Below are positions 14,860 through 27,559 of a DNA stretch of 64,000 bases, piece by piece. The notes beneath the pieces are model-generated. The model saw only the letters and a program-made list of their open reading frames with translations, was not told where the DNA came from and did not search any database. The position numbers were made by a program, and so were the translations under genes. The stretch is from Camelus ferus. Lineage: Eukaryota. The number at the start of each line of letters is the position of its first letter. Position 1 is the first letter of the stretch. The stretch is taken from the NCBI RefSeq assembly GCF_009834535.1, contig NC_045698.1:14572001-14636000 (forward strand), written 5' to 3'.

Positions 14860-15375
14860 CAGGAAGTAACAGACAATCCATCAATACTGTCTTCCAAAGC
14901 ACTGCATAACAAGGAACCTGGGGCTAGCTTGCACTGTTAAACATACTATCTAACATATTATCAAGGACTCGGATACTTTTCAGTGTTGTGCTGAGGCCAC
15001 CTCAGGGTCTTCACTTTTGATCCGCACATTGTCATCTGATCGGCACAAGACTGCTGATATGGCTTCGTGCACTCTAACCATATTTAAGAGCAAGGAAGAG
15101 GAGCAGCTGAAAGGCTGTCTCACTTCCACTATCAGACAAGGAACAGCTTTTCCAGAAGCTTCCAACAGAATCCTCATCAATCAGAATGGGAACACATATT
15201 CATCTGTAACTGCAAGGGAGGAGGAGAATGCAACACTTGACTTTTTTTTTTTTAATTGCGTATAGTCAGTTACACTGTGTCAGTTTCTGGCTTTGTATTT
15301 TACATTCTTAAGGTGGAAGGAAGCGTGGGGAGAGGGGTTGAGATAGGACTTACAGATGTCAGTCAACACTGTCAA
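14860..15375 (-). mobile_element. Ancient MaLR LTR (MLT1J/K-like)
   Basis: CAAGACTGCTG, GCTTTTCCAGAAGCTTCCAACAGA and AACTGCAAGGGAGG motifs resemble the reverse strand of MLT1J/K. Confidence 0.55.
15242..15290 (-). mobile_element. 49-bp L1 3'-terminal stub with poly(A)
   Basis: Reverse complement CCAGAAACTGACACAGTGTAACTGACTATACGCAATT(A)12 matches the L1 3' end at 34706-34746 in this window. Confidence 0.8.
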
Positions 15376-16739
15376 CTACAATAAGATAATTCCCATAAGA
15401 ATTGTTTTATTTAGGACTAAGTGCTGAAACAAGCATGAAATCAGAGCATTCCTAGATATTGGATGAAATTCAGTAAAGGACTATCCTGAAATTATGTATT
15501 TCGTTAAAATATTTTAAAGTATTACTTTTTAAAAATTAAATATTTAAAAGAGACTAAGAGAGATTTTTGGACATTCTAACTGAAAAAGTTGCAGAATCAT
15601 GTGTTGCTACAAGGGATCTCACAGATAAGTTTATTGGTTCAAAATGAGAGTGAAATGTGAGTGTGTTTTATTGAATCACACTGAAGTTCAAGCACAAGAA
15701 TAAACAAAAAATGAAATAGAATTAATACAACAAAACAGTGTAGATGCATAAATAACATACATATTATATAATTATCAAACAACAAAAGTATTATATTGAT
15801 ATTATTTGAGGCCATTTGTTTTATATCCATACCCATATACTTAAAAACTTATTTTATCTGTTATCTATGATCAAAAATTGTCAGGCTCCCTTTGTGGACA
15901 AGTTTAGGCATGGAGGCATTCTCAGAGTAATATATCACTCTACTAGTTTTCATATAAAAGATAATCTAATTCTCAAATATGTGTGGTGTTAAAATTCTAG
16001 AAAAAACAGAATTCCCTGCTTTGTTGGACAAGTTTTGTTTCAAATTTATTTACAAACTCCAATTATAGTACATTGATTGAAAAAAATGCCCATTAATTAA
16101 ATTTTTGTCATAACTAGGGAGGGAAGGAACATGGGTTATACTCAAATATTTAAGATACACAGACACCTTAATCTTTCAGAAATTAAAAATGTATGTAATC
16201 ATGTTTTGTGTGGTACATGATAAAACAATTATCTAAAAAATGTGCTTTTAAAAAATGTATTTAAAATATGCTTTTAAACATTTTTTTGTAAATTTATTAT
16301 ACTATTAATGTTTATAGCCAAACATAGTTTTATATTTATTTAAGTGATTCATGGGCTAATTTATATTAAATGAATAATGTAAGAAAAATAAGAGTTTTCT
16401 ATTAAGTCAATTTTTAAATTACACATAACGTTTAACTTTACAACCAAACTTAAACTAGCTAAAGCCAGTTTTAGCATGAGGAAAAAAAAACACTATCCCC
16501 TTTTCTTTGTACTTACCCTAAAATAACTCAAAAATGAGAAGCCTTTATTCCATTTTTAATGAAAATGAGGCATTCATAACCCCAAGTATAATATATAATG
16601 CCTGAGAGCAGATGGTGAAATAAAAAGTAATGTAACTGAATGCAGGAAAGTTAACTTTAAGTGCCTGCAGAGGAAGATATTGAGTGAAGCCACCAATTCA
16701 ACCCCAGATCCTTTAAAAAGCTCAAGAATCAGGTACCCT

Positions 16740-18528
16740 TTGCTGTATAAAAGTTTATAAGTTTAACTAGGTCTCATTTGTTTACTTGTGCTTTTATTTC
16801 TATTGCCTTGGGAGATGACCTAGGAAAACATTGCTACAATGTATGTCAGAGAATGTTCTGCCTATGTTCTCTTCTAGAAGATTTATGGTGTCCCATCTTA
16901 TGTTTAAGTCTTTAAGTCGCTTTATTTTTGTATATGGTGTGAGGAAGTGTTCTCACTTCATTGATTTACATGCGTCCATTCCGATTTCCCAACATCACCT
17001 GCCTAATAGACTGTCTTTCTCCATTGTATATTCTTGCCTCCTTTGTCAAAGATTAATTGGCTGAAGGTGTGTGGGTTTCTTTCTGGGCTCTCTATTCTAT
17101 TCCATTGATCCACGTGTCTGTTTTTTTTGTTTTGTTTTGTTTTTTTCTCTCCCAGTACCATACTGTTTGAATTACTAAAACTAGATAGAATTGTCTGAAG
17201 TCTGGGAGGGTTATGCCTCCAGCCTTGCTCTTTTCTTCAGTACTGCTTTGGAAATTGTGGGGGGTTTTGTGATTCCATATAAATTTTAGGATTATTTGCT
17301 TTAATTCTTTGAAAAATGTCCTGAGTAATTTGATGGGGATCACATTAAATCTGTAGATTGCTTTGGGTAGTATAGCCATTTTAATACTAATTCTTCCAAC
17401 CCAAGAGCATGGGATATATTTCCATTTCTTTTGATCATTCTTAATTTCCTTTATCAATGTTTTATAATTTTCAGCATATAAGCACAGCGAAGGAAACCAT
17501 AAACAAAACAAAAAGATAACCTAGAGAATGCAAAAAAAAAAAAATTGCAAATGATGTGACTGAAAAGGGCTTAACTTCCAGAATATACAAACAGCTAATA
17601 CAGCTCAATAATAAAACAAACAAACAATTCAATCAAAAATGGGCAGAAGACCTAAACAGACATTTCTTCAATAAAGACATGCAGGTAGCCAATAGGCACA
17701 TGAAAAGATTTTCAATATTGCTAATTATCAGAGAAATGTAAATCAAAACTACAATGCTAGTCAGAATGGTCATCATTAAAAGTCCACAAATGATAAAGGC
17801 TGGAGTAGATGTGGAGAAAGAGAACCTTCCTGCATTGTTTGCGGGACTGTAATGTGGTGCAGCCACTTCAGAAAACAGTATGGAGAGTCCTTAAAAAACT
17901 AAAAATAGACTTACCATTTGCTCCAGCAATTCCACTCCTGGGCATATATTAGGATAAAACTATTTTGAAAGGGTACATGCACCCCAATGTTCATAGCAGT
18001 ACTATTTACAATAGCCAAGACATGGAACTAACCTAGAAGTCCATTGACAGATGATTGGATAAATTTTTATACACACACACACACACACACACACACAACT
18101 CAGCCATAAAAAAAGAATGCCATTTACAGCAACATGGGTGGACCTAGAGATTATCATACTAAGTGAAGTAAGTCAGGCAAGGACAAATATATGATATCAC
18201 CTTTATGTGGAATCTAAAAAAAAAAAAATGGCACAAAAGAACTTTCTTACAAAACAGAAACAGATTCATAAACAGAAAACAAGCTAACTATTACCAAAGG
18301 AGAAAAGGGGGGATAAATTAGAAGTCTGAGATTAGCAAATGCAAATTTCTATAAATAAAATAGATAAACAACAAAGTCCTACTGTATAATTCAGGGAACT
18401 ATATTCAATAGCTTGTAATAACCTATAATTAAAAAATTATGGAAAAGTATATATATATATGAAATGAAAACAACACTGCATATCAAGTATACTTCAATAA
18501 AAATAAAAGTCAAACATAAAAAAGAAAT
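16740..18528 (+). mobile_element. 5'-truncated, 5'-inverted LINE-1 (inverted part 16740-~17481 on -, forward part ~17482-18528 on +)
   Basis: Minus-strand ORF2 peptide [15 protein letters not shown]...[12 protein letters not shown]; plus-strand [10 protein letters not shown], 3'UTR and AATAAA/A-rich tail; TSD GAATCAGGTACCCT (16726-16739) vs GAATCAAGTACCCT (18529-18542). Confidence 0.93.
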
Positions 18529-18542
18529 GAATCAAGTACCCT

Positions 18543-20380
18543 CACAGAAGATCAGAAATTGGTGAGAAGGGTATTTAAGACTAAAACAAGGTGAAGAAGT
18601 TAGACCTCAAATTCCCACCAAATCCACTACTCTTCCCTTCTATTTCTGCAAGAGGAAGAAGTTATCAGGAAGATAAAGAAGTTAAATGAGAGAAACTCTG
18701 GACTTGGAAACACCAAACACAGATAAAGGGAGCAGTGGTAATCCACATCAAAGACAGAGATTGAATGGAAAGCTACATAATGAATAATGGAACTTTTAGC
18801 CTCTTTCTCCAACTTGGCTCTGGGAGTCTTATAAGGCTTCTACCCACTAAGTGGGCCAATGGATGATCCTTTAGTACAGAAGCTAAAACACCTGAGAAGA
18901 AAAGTCACAGATGGTGATAATGGGCAGTTTCCAACAGAAAACCTAGCTTGCCATCTGGTCACCCTACAAGACATCCCACCAATTTACTACCCTTCCTTAC
19001 ACCAAATAATACCCATATCCATCCATGTACATGATCACACATATATACAACATCACAACTGGTAATAAGAATTTTAAGAAGTTTTTATTAAATTGAAATA
19101 GGTGGTCAAATATCACCAGCTATTTCTGGAATATCATGAAAGACAAAAACCAAAATAAACAAACAAAATGCAATGCAGAAAAAATAGCAACAATGTTGAG
19201 AATATAAGAATTAAAGAAAATATAAGTACCACACTCAAAGAGATGTGCAAAGACATCACATTCATTAAATAAAAACAGTAAGATGTAGAAAATATAGGAC
19301 CAAAAATTGTCTTAAAATTTAAAAATAATAACAAATACAAAAATCAGGAAATGAATTGGGAGATGAGATTAAATTCTTCAGAAACTAGAACAAAACATGA
19401 CAATTACAATAGGCAAGAGATTTTGAAAATCAACCCAGGAGGACTGCAAAAAAGACCTACTAATAAGATGTAATAAGAGAAAAGAGATGAAATTTTTCTT
19501 TAAAAAAATGCATTTTTTAGAACTGAAGATAAATGTACTCTGCCAAGTCTCAGGACCCTTAAATTTCAGAACTTTATTGATTAAAAAAAAAAAAAAGATT
19601 CTGAGAGGCAATTCTGAGAAAAAAATATTAGTTCTTATCCAGAAAATCTGGAATATGGAATCATATGCTTTTCCATCAGTCACTGTGATGTAGATATGAG
19701 AGAAAGAACAAAGACATTTCAAAGCTACAGGGATTCAAATGATCTCTTTGTCCCTTTTCTAAGAAAAATATTTTAAGTTTTGCTCCATCAAAATGAGGAA
19801 GTACATCAAGATGGAGGGAAACATGAGTTCCAGACACTACAGAAGACATTAAGAAAGAAACACAGGGAATTTTCAGCAAATCATGGTCCCAGGGCTACAC
19901 CAGGTAGTGGGCAGATTCATCAGTCCATCCTGGACGAAGCAGCAGCTAGAAGAGCACCAGAAAGGATGTTATGTGACACACAAACTTGAGAACTGGGCCA
20001 TCCAGATCATCTGATAAGCTTCACTATCTAGAAAATTCCATTGGCATGTCCCTTAGTGACTGGAGAGTAAGAAAGACTTAGCCTTACACTTAAAAAAAAA
20101 AACAGTAAATTAAAGACACAATATAAGGCAAACATTAACTCCAGAAAATTGGAATTAAAAAATCCATAGACAACAATGATAAAGAATACTGTAATCTCAA
20201 TAGTGGGAAATGTTTCTATAGTCATGTAAAGTAAAAACTTGAATACTGACACATTTAATACAAGACGTTGGTAAGTAAAACTGAGAAGTCAATAGATAGA
20301 ACTGATAAATCAGTATATTGAATAGTTAAAAGAATTTGAAAAGAGTTGCTTTTGGTGTACAGCAATCCAGAGATAGAGTG
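18543..20380 (+). mobile_element. HAL1 (Half-L1)-like ancient element; its 5' part probably continues left of 16739
   Basis: A-rich decayed ORF1-like tract followed by TGCTCCATCAAAATGAGGAAGTACATCAAGATGGAGGGAAACATGAGTTCCAG and CAGTCCATCCTGGAC, resembling the recalled HAL1 consensus. Confidence 0.65.
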
Positions 20381-20794
20381 TAAACCTGATTTTTGCTATT
20401 ATTTAATTCTTAACTCAGCTGAAGCATGTTACATGATATATTACTATTGTAAATTGATAATAAGGATAATTGATGCAGTCGCTCATATTTAGCTAGAAAT
20501 TTAGCTGTAACTACAAATACTTTGAATTCTGCTGTTTTATACTTTAAAGAACTAATTGGTTTATTTTTACATTTGTTTTTAAATAGTTTGATAAAACAGA
20601 TGGTTTTAGGCTGCTATTTACAAGCATGATCCTCTAAACAACACATTTTTGTTGTGGATAGACTTTATGACAAATAGATGAAACCCAACTTGAATACAAT
20701 TATAATTATAATAATTATCTTTTTTGTATTGATTTTTGAAAAAGATACCCATGAGCTACACAATAATTTTAATCAAATGTTAAACAATACATTA

Positions 20795-21075
20795 TGGTAG
20801 TGATGAGCTTAGTTTGCTGTGGACTCAGACTACGCTGATTCAACATCCAGCTCCTTCACTTCCTGTGTGACGTTGATCAAGTTTACATGGCCTCTTTGTG
20901 CTTCAATTCTCTCATATTTAATAATACAAAACTAAAAAAAAAAAATAATAATAATAATAATAATACAAAACTAATAGACCAGAGTCATAATTTTGTGGGA
21001 ATTAAATTAGATAACTCATAGTAATAAGTAACAACTGCACTTGGCAGTAGGAACAGCTTTATAATTATTAGTCAT
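20795..21075 (+). mobile_element. MIR SINE, interrupted by a small insertion
   Basis: GGACTCAGAC...TTCAACATCCAGCTCCTTCACTTCCTGTGTGACGTTG...CTCTTTGTGCTTCAATTCTCTCAT...ATTAAATTAGATAA. Confidence 0.75.
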
Positions 21076-23163
21076 GTTACCATTTTCAGGACAAGGTGTT
21101 TTACAAGTCTGATGAAGAACAACTTAAGGAAATTTGAAAAATCATTAGATGTTTTATGCTTTTCACCTTCTTTCTCTATTTTGTCATCCCATCTTTTTAT
21201 TTCATTTCTTAACTCATTTATAAGTATGTATTCATATTATTTTGTTAACAGAATGAAGCAGGTTTAAAGAGAAACAAGATTTTCTTGAGCTTTCTATCTT
21301 TCAATCAATTGTATCTTAATGTACTAATGATTTGCACACACACAAACTCACGCATATACACTATATTATAAATAAGACTCATAATAACTGGAAACCATAA
21401 ATGACAAAATCATCCCAATTGTAGGACATGCTGAAGGATTAATTAAACCAATCAACCAAGTCCTAAGCACATTTCCAGGTATTCTACCAACTGTTTATAT
21501 TTGCTAACTCCTGGTAGTAATCTCCATCACTTCTCCATCAATTTTTAAGGCAATATATAGAATTTTAATTGTAACATTTTCAAATAAATCTAAATAAATA
21601 CCAATATGACTTTTAAAGTTCTGGATCCCCCACCTCAAATAGAGAGATATGATGAAAACATTTTTCAGAGTTTTGAAGAGTGTAGGTTCTTATGAAAATT
21701 CTCCATAAGTCTGTGTTCTTATGGAGTTATTCAGTTCTTTTAAGTCTCTTCTTCCTGATCCAGACAATGCAGATGATCATCACAGTCTATCTCAAGAGAT
21801 TGGTAGAGTAATTAAATGAGATGGTGCTAGAAATGCTTCAAATAGTTCTTAGACAATACTAATTACTTACTAATTGGTTGAGTAAAGTAGAGGAACCACT
21901 AAAGTACAATAGCGAAAACTCTGGGTAGGCTTTTAATTATGTTCATGTAATATTCAATTTTATATTCAGTTGGCAAAAGAAGTTAAATGTTATCACAAAT
22001 GTTTTGGTACAATCACTAGAAATGATCTTGAATTTGTTCTATTTATACAGCGTTCAGCAGGTTTACCTAAGGATTTTTGAATAATTACAGAGTAGGAAAA
22101 AAAGTGCCTTAGAAAGTATCAAATTTCCCCATTTTACAAAGGAAAAAAATCTCTGCAGTCAGGACAAATCAAATAAACACAGTACACCATCTTGCAAGTC
22201 TATTTTACTTTAAGAAATAATTGGGAAATAGAAATGCATTTTTATTAAAACATATATGATACATTATATTAAACCTATAATTCAAGAATATTTTTATATA
22301 TGAACAAGAATGTTAAGACTTCCTGTCTCTACCGGAGTGTTACACACATTCACTCTGTGGTGACTGTCATTTGGTGACTTTTTTTTTGAAAAGAACTGAT
22401 AAGAGTAGTCAGTAAAATTGGCTACATGTTAGGAGTAGAATTATATCATTTAAAATTCCAATTCTGTCAATTTTCTCCACAGGAGCATTTCCACTTTATT
22501 CTTTCTACTGAGTTCCTATGCATAAGTGAGAATAATTTATGCTCTTTTCTTAGGTAAGCACATGCTGAGAACAGGACAAAACTTGAACTTAGTCCTTCTG
22601 GGTTGCTACTGCAAATGCAAATTATATTAAAAAAACAAACTGAGCTCAAGAACTGATTTTAAAAATTGAATCATTAAAATTAATCTATTGCACCAACTAA
22701 GGAACCATGGAGTTCGCACTTGGTGAAGGAGCCAAAGTATAAAAGCATGACACCTTTTCTTAGAGGATGGTTCAAATAAGTCTACAATAGCCAATTCCTA
22801 GCAATATTTTCAAGTAAATCAAATGAAGAAAAATCATAATAGTATAACTTATTGTATACTGATATTCTGATGCATATTACCATTATAGCTTGTTTGAGCA
22901 AATTTATAAATATGGAGCTGACAATATAATACAAGGCATACTGTGATGGCGCCTAAAATTACATATAAATAATGCACAAAGGGATTCTTGAGAAACTAAA
23001 TATTAATATTGACTAATGTGGTTGCAGCAGTATCCAGGGAAGAAATACAATTCAGATAAGGCTTGCAGTATTCATAAATTTCAGTATTGGAAGTAGGATG
23101 AGGAAAGATAAAGATGCAGTAATTAGTAAAATATAAGGCACATGCCAAAAGGAGTAAATAGTC

Positions 23164-23635
23164 TGCCAGCTAAAGAATGCTGCCCGACACCTGGTTCTAC
23201 AAGAATGAAGTCACGAGCCACTGTAGCCACTGACCTTTAACACATTCTGGAAGGAGTCTGGGGCAGAGATTAGGAATGAGGCACTCTGTGCTTTGGGAAA
23301 ACCTGGCAGAATAGGCCTTCAGATAGTCAGACATAATCAGGAGAAAATTTTATGAATCCAGTTTCTTGCATGTTCTCATACCTAGAAAAGCATTAAAATC
23401 ATTCACGGAGACATCTGTGCTTCATGACCAGCAGCAACCTTCCACCGAGATGCATGCTTGATCGCACGCTCCTCCTTCACCAAGACCACAAATGTACTGA
23501 CCTTCACCCCCATCTCTTTGGAGCAGTTCTTCAGAGCCATCTGAGAGGCTCTCTCCCCGGCTATCGTCCTCAGTAAGCCCTCAAAAAAACTGAACTCATG
23601 GCTTTCACTTTGTGCACTTTTTTTTCCAGTTGACA
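23164..23635 (+). mobile_element. Solo ERV1-class LTR (472 bp), inserted in a minus-strand L2 relic
   Basis: TG...CA termini (TGCCAGCT/AGTTGACA, imperfect inverted ends); 4-bp TSD AGTC (23160-63)/AATC (23636-39); 3' part CAGTAAGCCCTCAAAAAAACTGAAC...CCAGTTGACA typical of ERV1 LTR U5. Confidence 0.85.
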
Positions 23636-25538
23636 AATCCTGTATTTACTTGTATATCATATACATTATAATGAAAAGTAGTTTATAGAGATGAAACTGA
23701 CTGAAATATTTATGGCAGAATACAAATGGTTTTGAGTGAGTGATGCTATTTTTTGGTAATAAAACTAATAATTCTACATTTTAATTGTGATAGAAGAAAT
23801 GTGCCTTGGGGAAAAAATGATACTTTTAGTATAAATGTTCCCTCATCATGGGGCTCAGATTAGCCAGCCCTAGGAATTTACCAGCTGACTTTTTCCTGGT
23901 GTTAGCTTCTTTTTGCGGATAGAAAAGTAGAAAAACAGGATCACAAAACACATGGCTATAAGGAGCCTGAGTTTTTTTTTTAATTTCTCTTTAATTTTCA
24001 TGCAATAATTCAGCAAGAAATTGTCTTTAAAAGTTAACGTCATAGCATATCACTTGGCAAAACTATTCCTTAGTTGCATACATTTTCCTCTTCCATTTCC
24101 TTTTGAATATCTCAGATTGTGTAAGTTAAAGAAAAATGTACTAGATCAAAACATCAAAAAATTGTTCAGTTTTGTTCTATATGATATAACCCTCATCTTT
24201 GAATATGTACATAACAATAGACACACACATTTCCAGAGGATGATTTTCAGAAAAATAAAAGTTTAAACCCTTTATGAGTATTAAACAGATGTTTTAGTAT
24301 TCTTTATATTTTTCTTTGTCTTTAAAATTTCTCAAGAAGGTCCCATTTAACTGGAAAATCATGAAATTTGAACCATGTTCCACCACAAATGGCCAAATAG
24401 CACAATTTCTGTTAAAAGAGAAGTAGGCTTATTTTGTCTAATATTTTATAACGTAAAATCCTTACATGTTTGTTTTTGGCTATCTCCATTTGAAGAAAAT
24501 AATTAACACACATAATTGCTTTTAAATTTGGAAGTATGAAGTTATCTCCCTTCCCTACCAAGTTCACCTAAACTATTTTTTTCATCATTAGGTTGCCAAA
24601 TGATAATATGATTCAGTATGGTTTTAATTAGCAATTCCACAATTTAGACCTTTGTCAATTAGCTCTTTTCCATTTCTCTCTTCTTGTTTCTTTTACTGTT
24701 GTTCCTCTCACTCACTCTTACTGTCACTGCCCCATTATTTTTAGGAAGCACATAAATAAACTAATAATTTTTGTTAATTTTTAAGAAACATTTAGTACAG
24801 GCTATACAAGGTCATGACACAAATCTATTGACACTATTTAACCAATCCTACTGTTTCAGGAATAAAAATGTGTGTAAGCAGTAATACAATATTTAGTATT
24901 TCTTTTGAGTTGCAAATTCATTCATTGAAAGTTGCCACTTTTCTAATTAGAAAACTATCAAATTGTTTTTTACCCAACATGCTGTAATACAGGACAGTTA
25001 TAAGCATAATGGATCATTGATAAAACATATTATTTGATTCTTCTTTTGCTGCTTTGCTTTTGCTTTTTTTTTTTTTTCTCAGATGTAGGGGTGGAAAAAA
25101 GAAAAGTAATAAGAAAGAATTTCCTTGAAAAGTGCAAGTATTAGTAATTTTCCCACTATCTAGATAGTAACAGACAATCCCTCAGAGGGAGTTACACTCA
25201 TTTTTACTTAGTGGAGATAGAATCTTCTATCATTTCCCAAGGGAGAAGCTCATAAAATACTGATGTTCTGAAGGAGAGTGTAAAATAACACAAATGCCCT
25301 TCCATCGCTTCACTGATAGATCTGCTTCCTTTCTCTGAACATGTTCTCATCCAGTCTCTCTCCGCAGGGACACTGGGATATTCTCCTTTGCAGTCTCCAA
25401 CTCACCGCAGTTTTCATTCAAAATTCCTGGAGGAGCCTGCCTCTCTGCAAGGTGGAAAAGCCACACTGCTCTTCCCGCCCCTCGCCCACCCAGGGGGACG
25501 CAACTTAAGGAGAAGGTGGATCAAATAAATGACCACGC

Positions 25539-25605
25539 TCTTAATAGTAACTTAAATTACTATTAAGAAAAGTAACTTAGTAACTTAAGTTACTATTAAG
25601 AAAAG
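25539..25605. repeat. Compound palindrome plus 28-bp direct duplication
   Basis: 30-bp quasi-palindrome 25539-25568, perfect 18-bp palindrome 25578-25595, direct repeat 25545-25572/25578-25605 with 1 mismatch. Confidence 0.95.
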
Positions 25606-25973
25606 AGGTGAGCAGAGAAAGAGGAAGAAGAGCAGCTTTCCCTCACTTTAGAGGTATGAGCCCGTTGCATGCTGTATTTTTCGCAGGCTGTGACACAAGC
25701 ACCTATTTCCTGAATCATTAATTCGGTGGATTTAATTATTTAACCCAATAATGGAAATCATTGATGTAAATGACAAACTAATAATTATTGGCAGCCGGGT
25801 CTAAGCTGAATGACTTTGTTACATTTTCCCTTTTTTCTCACTGGTTTAAAAATGTCTTACAAATTTCCTAACTAGGAGTGGGAGACAGAAGGAAACCAGT
25901 GCAGCTTCTGTGTGTTCCCACCAGCGTGATGTGCTGAAGAGACAGACTGAGCTACTTGTGACCATAATTTGCG

Positions 25974-25992
25974 TGGACACAAGGGGGCAGTT
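25974..25992 (+). promoter_or_regulatory. CTCF-like core motif
   Basis: TGGACACAAGGGGGCAGTT vs canonical TGGCCACCAGGGGGCGCTA; motif match only, no binding data. Confidence 0.5.
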
Positions 25993-26534
25993 TTGCAGTA
26001 ACTGGGGTATTTATCCAAACTCAAATAAAGGAAATGACACTGTTAGTAAGCCCAAGGTGAGAGTGTCATTGTATAAAAAACGTTTTACTATAATTTTAAT
26101 TGAAGGCTAACATGTGAAATGTTTATGCTAAGACTAGTATCTATTTATTCAGCAAAGTCATTTAGTAATAGAGTTCATTCCAAATGAACCCCTATTTTAC
26201 AAATATTTTTGATACAGATGTTTCTTATAAAAAACTCAACAGTTGTGTTATTTCTCACACAATCTTCTTGAACATTTGATTACTTCAAATGCTTAGAACC
26301 CTTCTGTGGAGGGGACAAAAATAACGGGGGAGATTAAAATGCTGAAGACTTTTTAAAAACATTTGTGTTTGTTTTAGTAAACAAAGGCTTCACAGAAGGC
26401 ATGCAATAAGTCAGTTGTAAAATAAAAGATCTGGTCTTTTAAAATTTAGAATTTGGCTGAAAACTGAACAAATATTAACTGTGCTCTATGAAGAAAAATA
26501 GTACTTAATTCCTGCCACGTTATAGAAAATTCAG

Positions 26535-26673
26535 TTTATTGGGCACCTCTGTGGCAAATGTAGCATTAAACACTTTATACACGTAGTTTTTGTAGCGTGA
26601 GGTATCAGTATTGCCATTTACAGATGGGTAAACCGACATGCAGATGGCTTAGGTGGACAAGCCATGGTCATAC
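26535..26673 (-). mobile_element. MIR, left half (right half resumes at ~27564-27600 after the LTR)
   Basis: CCATTTACAGATGGGTAAACCGAC...GGTCATAC|AACT...GATTCTGACCCA reads as a continuous reverse MIR core once the LTR is removed. Confidence 0.7.
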
Positions 26674-27559
26674 TGAAAGGGAGGGGAACCCTGTGGGCAC
26701 CCCCGCTCAACTTCTGCCTCTTGTTTATAGAAAAGCTGGTCTCCCAGGCCTCCCAGAGTCATTAAAGAGCAGGCTCAAGCTATTAATGAGGACAAGGCTG
26801 CAGGCACCAGGGGATGGCGATGACTCTGGCCACCTATCTCAACGATTAACCAAGATTACTTCCCTAATTCCCTTTAGAAGTTTCAGGGCAGAAGAGAATC
26901 TTTGGAGTTTTTTTGGAGGGTGGATGCTGATCCCATCAGGTTGCAGCCTTTCTGGTTAGAAGCTACAGTCCTTCTTGTTACCAAGCCTGTTGCCCCTAGG
27001 ATCATACCCTTGCCTCTCCCTGGACTAGAAACCAGTTGTTCTTATCTAAGTCTCAGGAGTCAGCTGCAAAAAAGAAACAAGAACCAGTTAGAACCCACGG
27101 AGTCCAAGATGGTGGAGGATTTGACTTCCAGTGGACCTTGAGCCTCATCACGCACTCACGGTAATGTATCAGCATGCTAAATGAAACACCCACCAGCACC
27201 ACGACTGTTGATAATTGCCATGACAACAACTGCAAAAGCCCATGAGAGGACTGCAAAGCTCAAACAAGGAGTGATTGGATCCATCACACCTGGAAGGAAG
27301 ACACGATGGCAGAAGCCTCCCCTGAAAGTCCACGTGGCCTGACTTGGGCTGGAGCTGTCCCTACTCCCCATCTTGGCCGACGGCTCTCCACTCCAGCACC
27401 TTCTCCTCACTCCAGCACTTTCCATCTATTTCCCCTTCTGAGAAATAAAGCAGCTCTTCACTTCGTCCCCCTACCTCTGCTGTGCAAACCCCTTCACAGC
27501 TGGCGGCAAAAACCCACACTTTGGTGGGCTTCCTATAGGGGACCCTCCACCTGCTAACA
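26674..27559 (+). mobile_element. Solo ERV1-class LTR (886 bp)
   Basis: TGAAAG...CTAACA termini; perfect 4-bp TSD ATAC (26670-73/27560-63); GC-richer than flanks; shares a core with the LTR at 32243. Confidence 0.9.

Noticed and set aside
26597..27557. Cluster of 67-120 aa ORFs
   Set aside because: Chance frames in a GC-richer LTR; no recognisable domain
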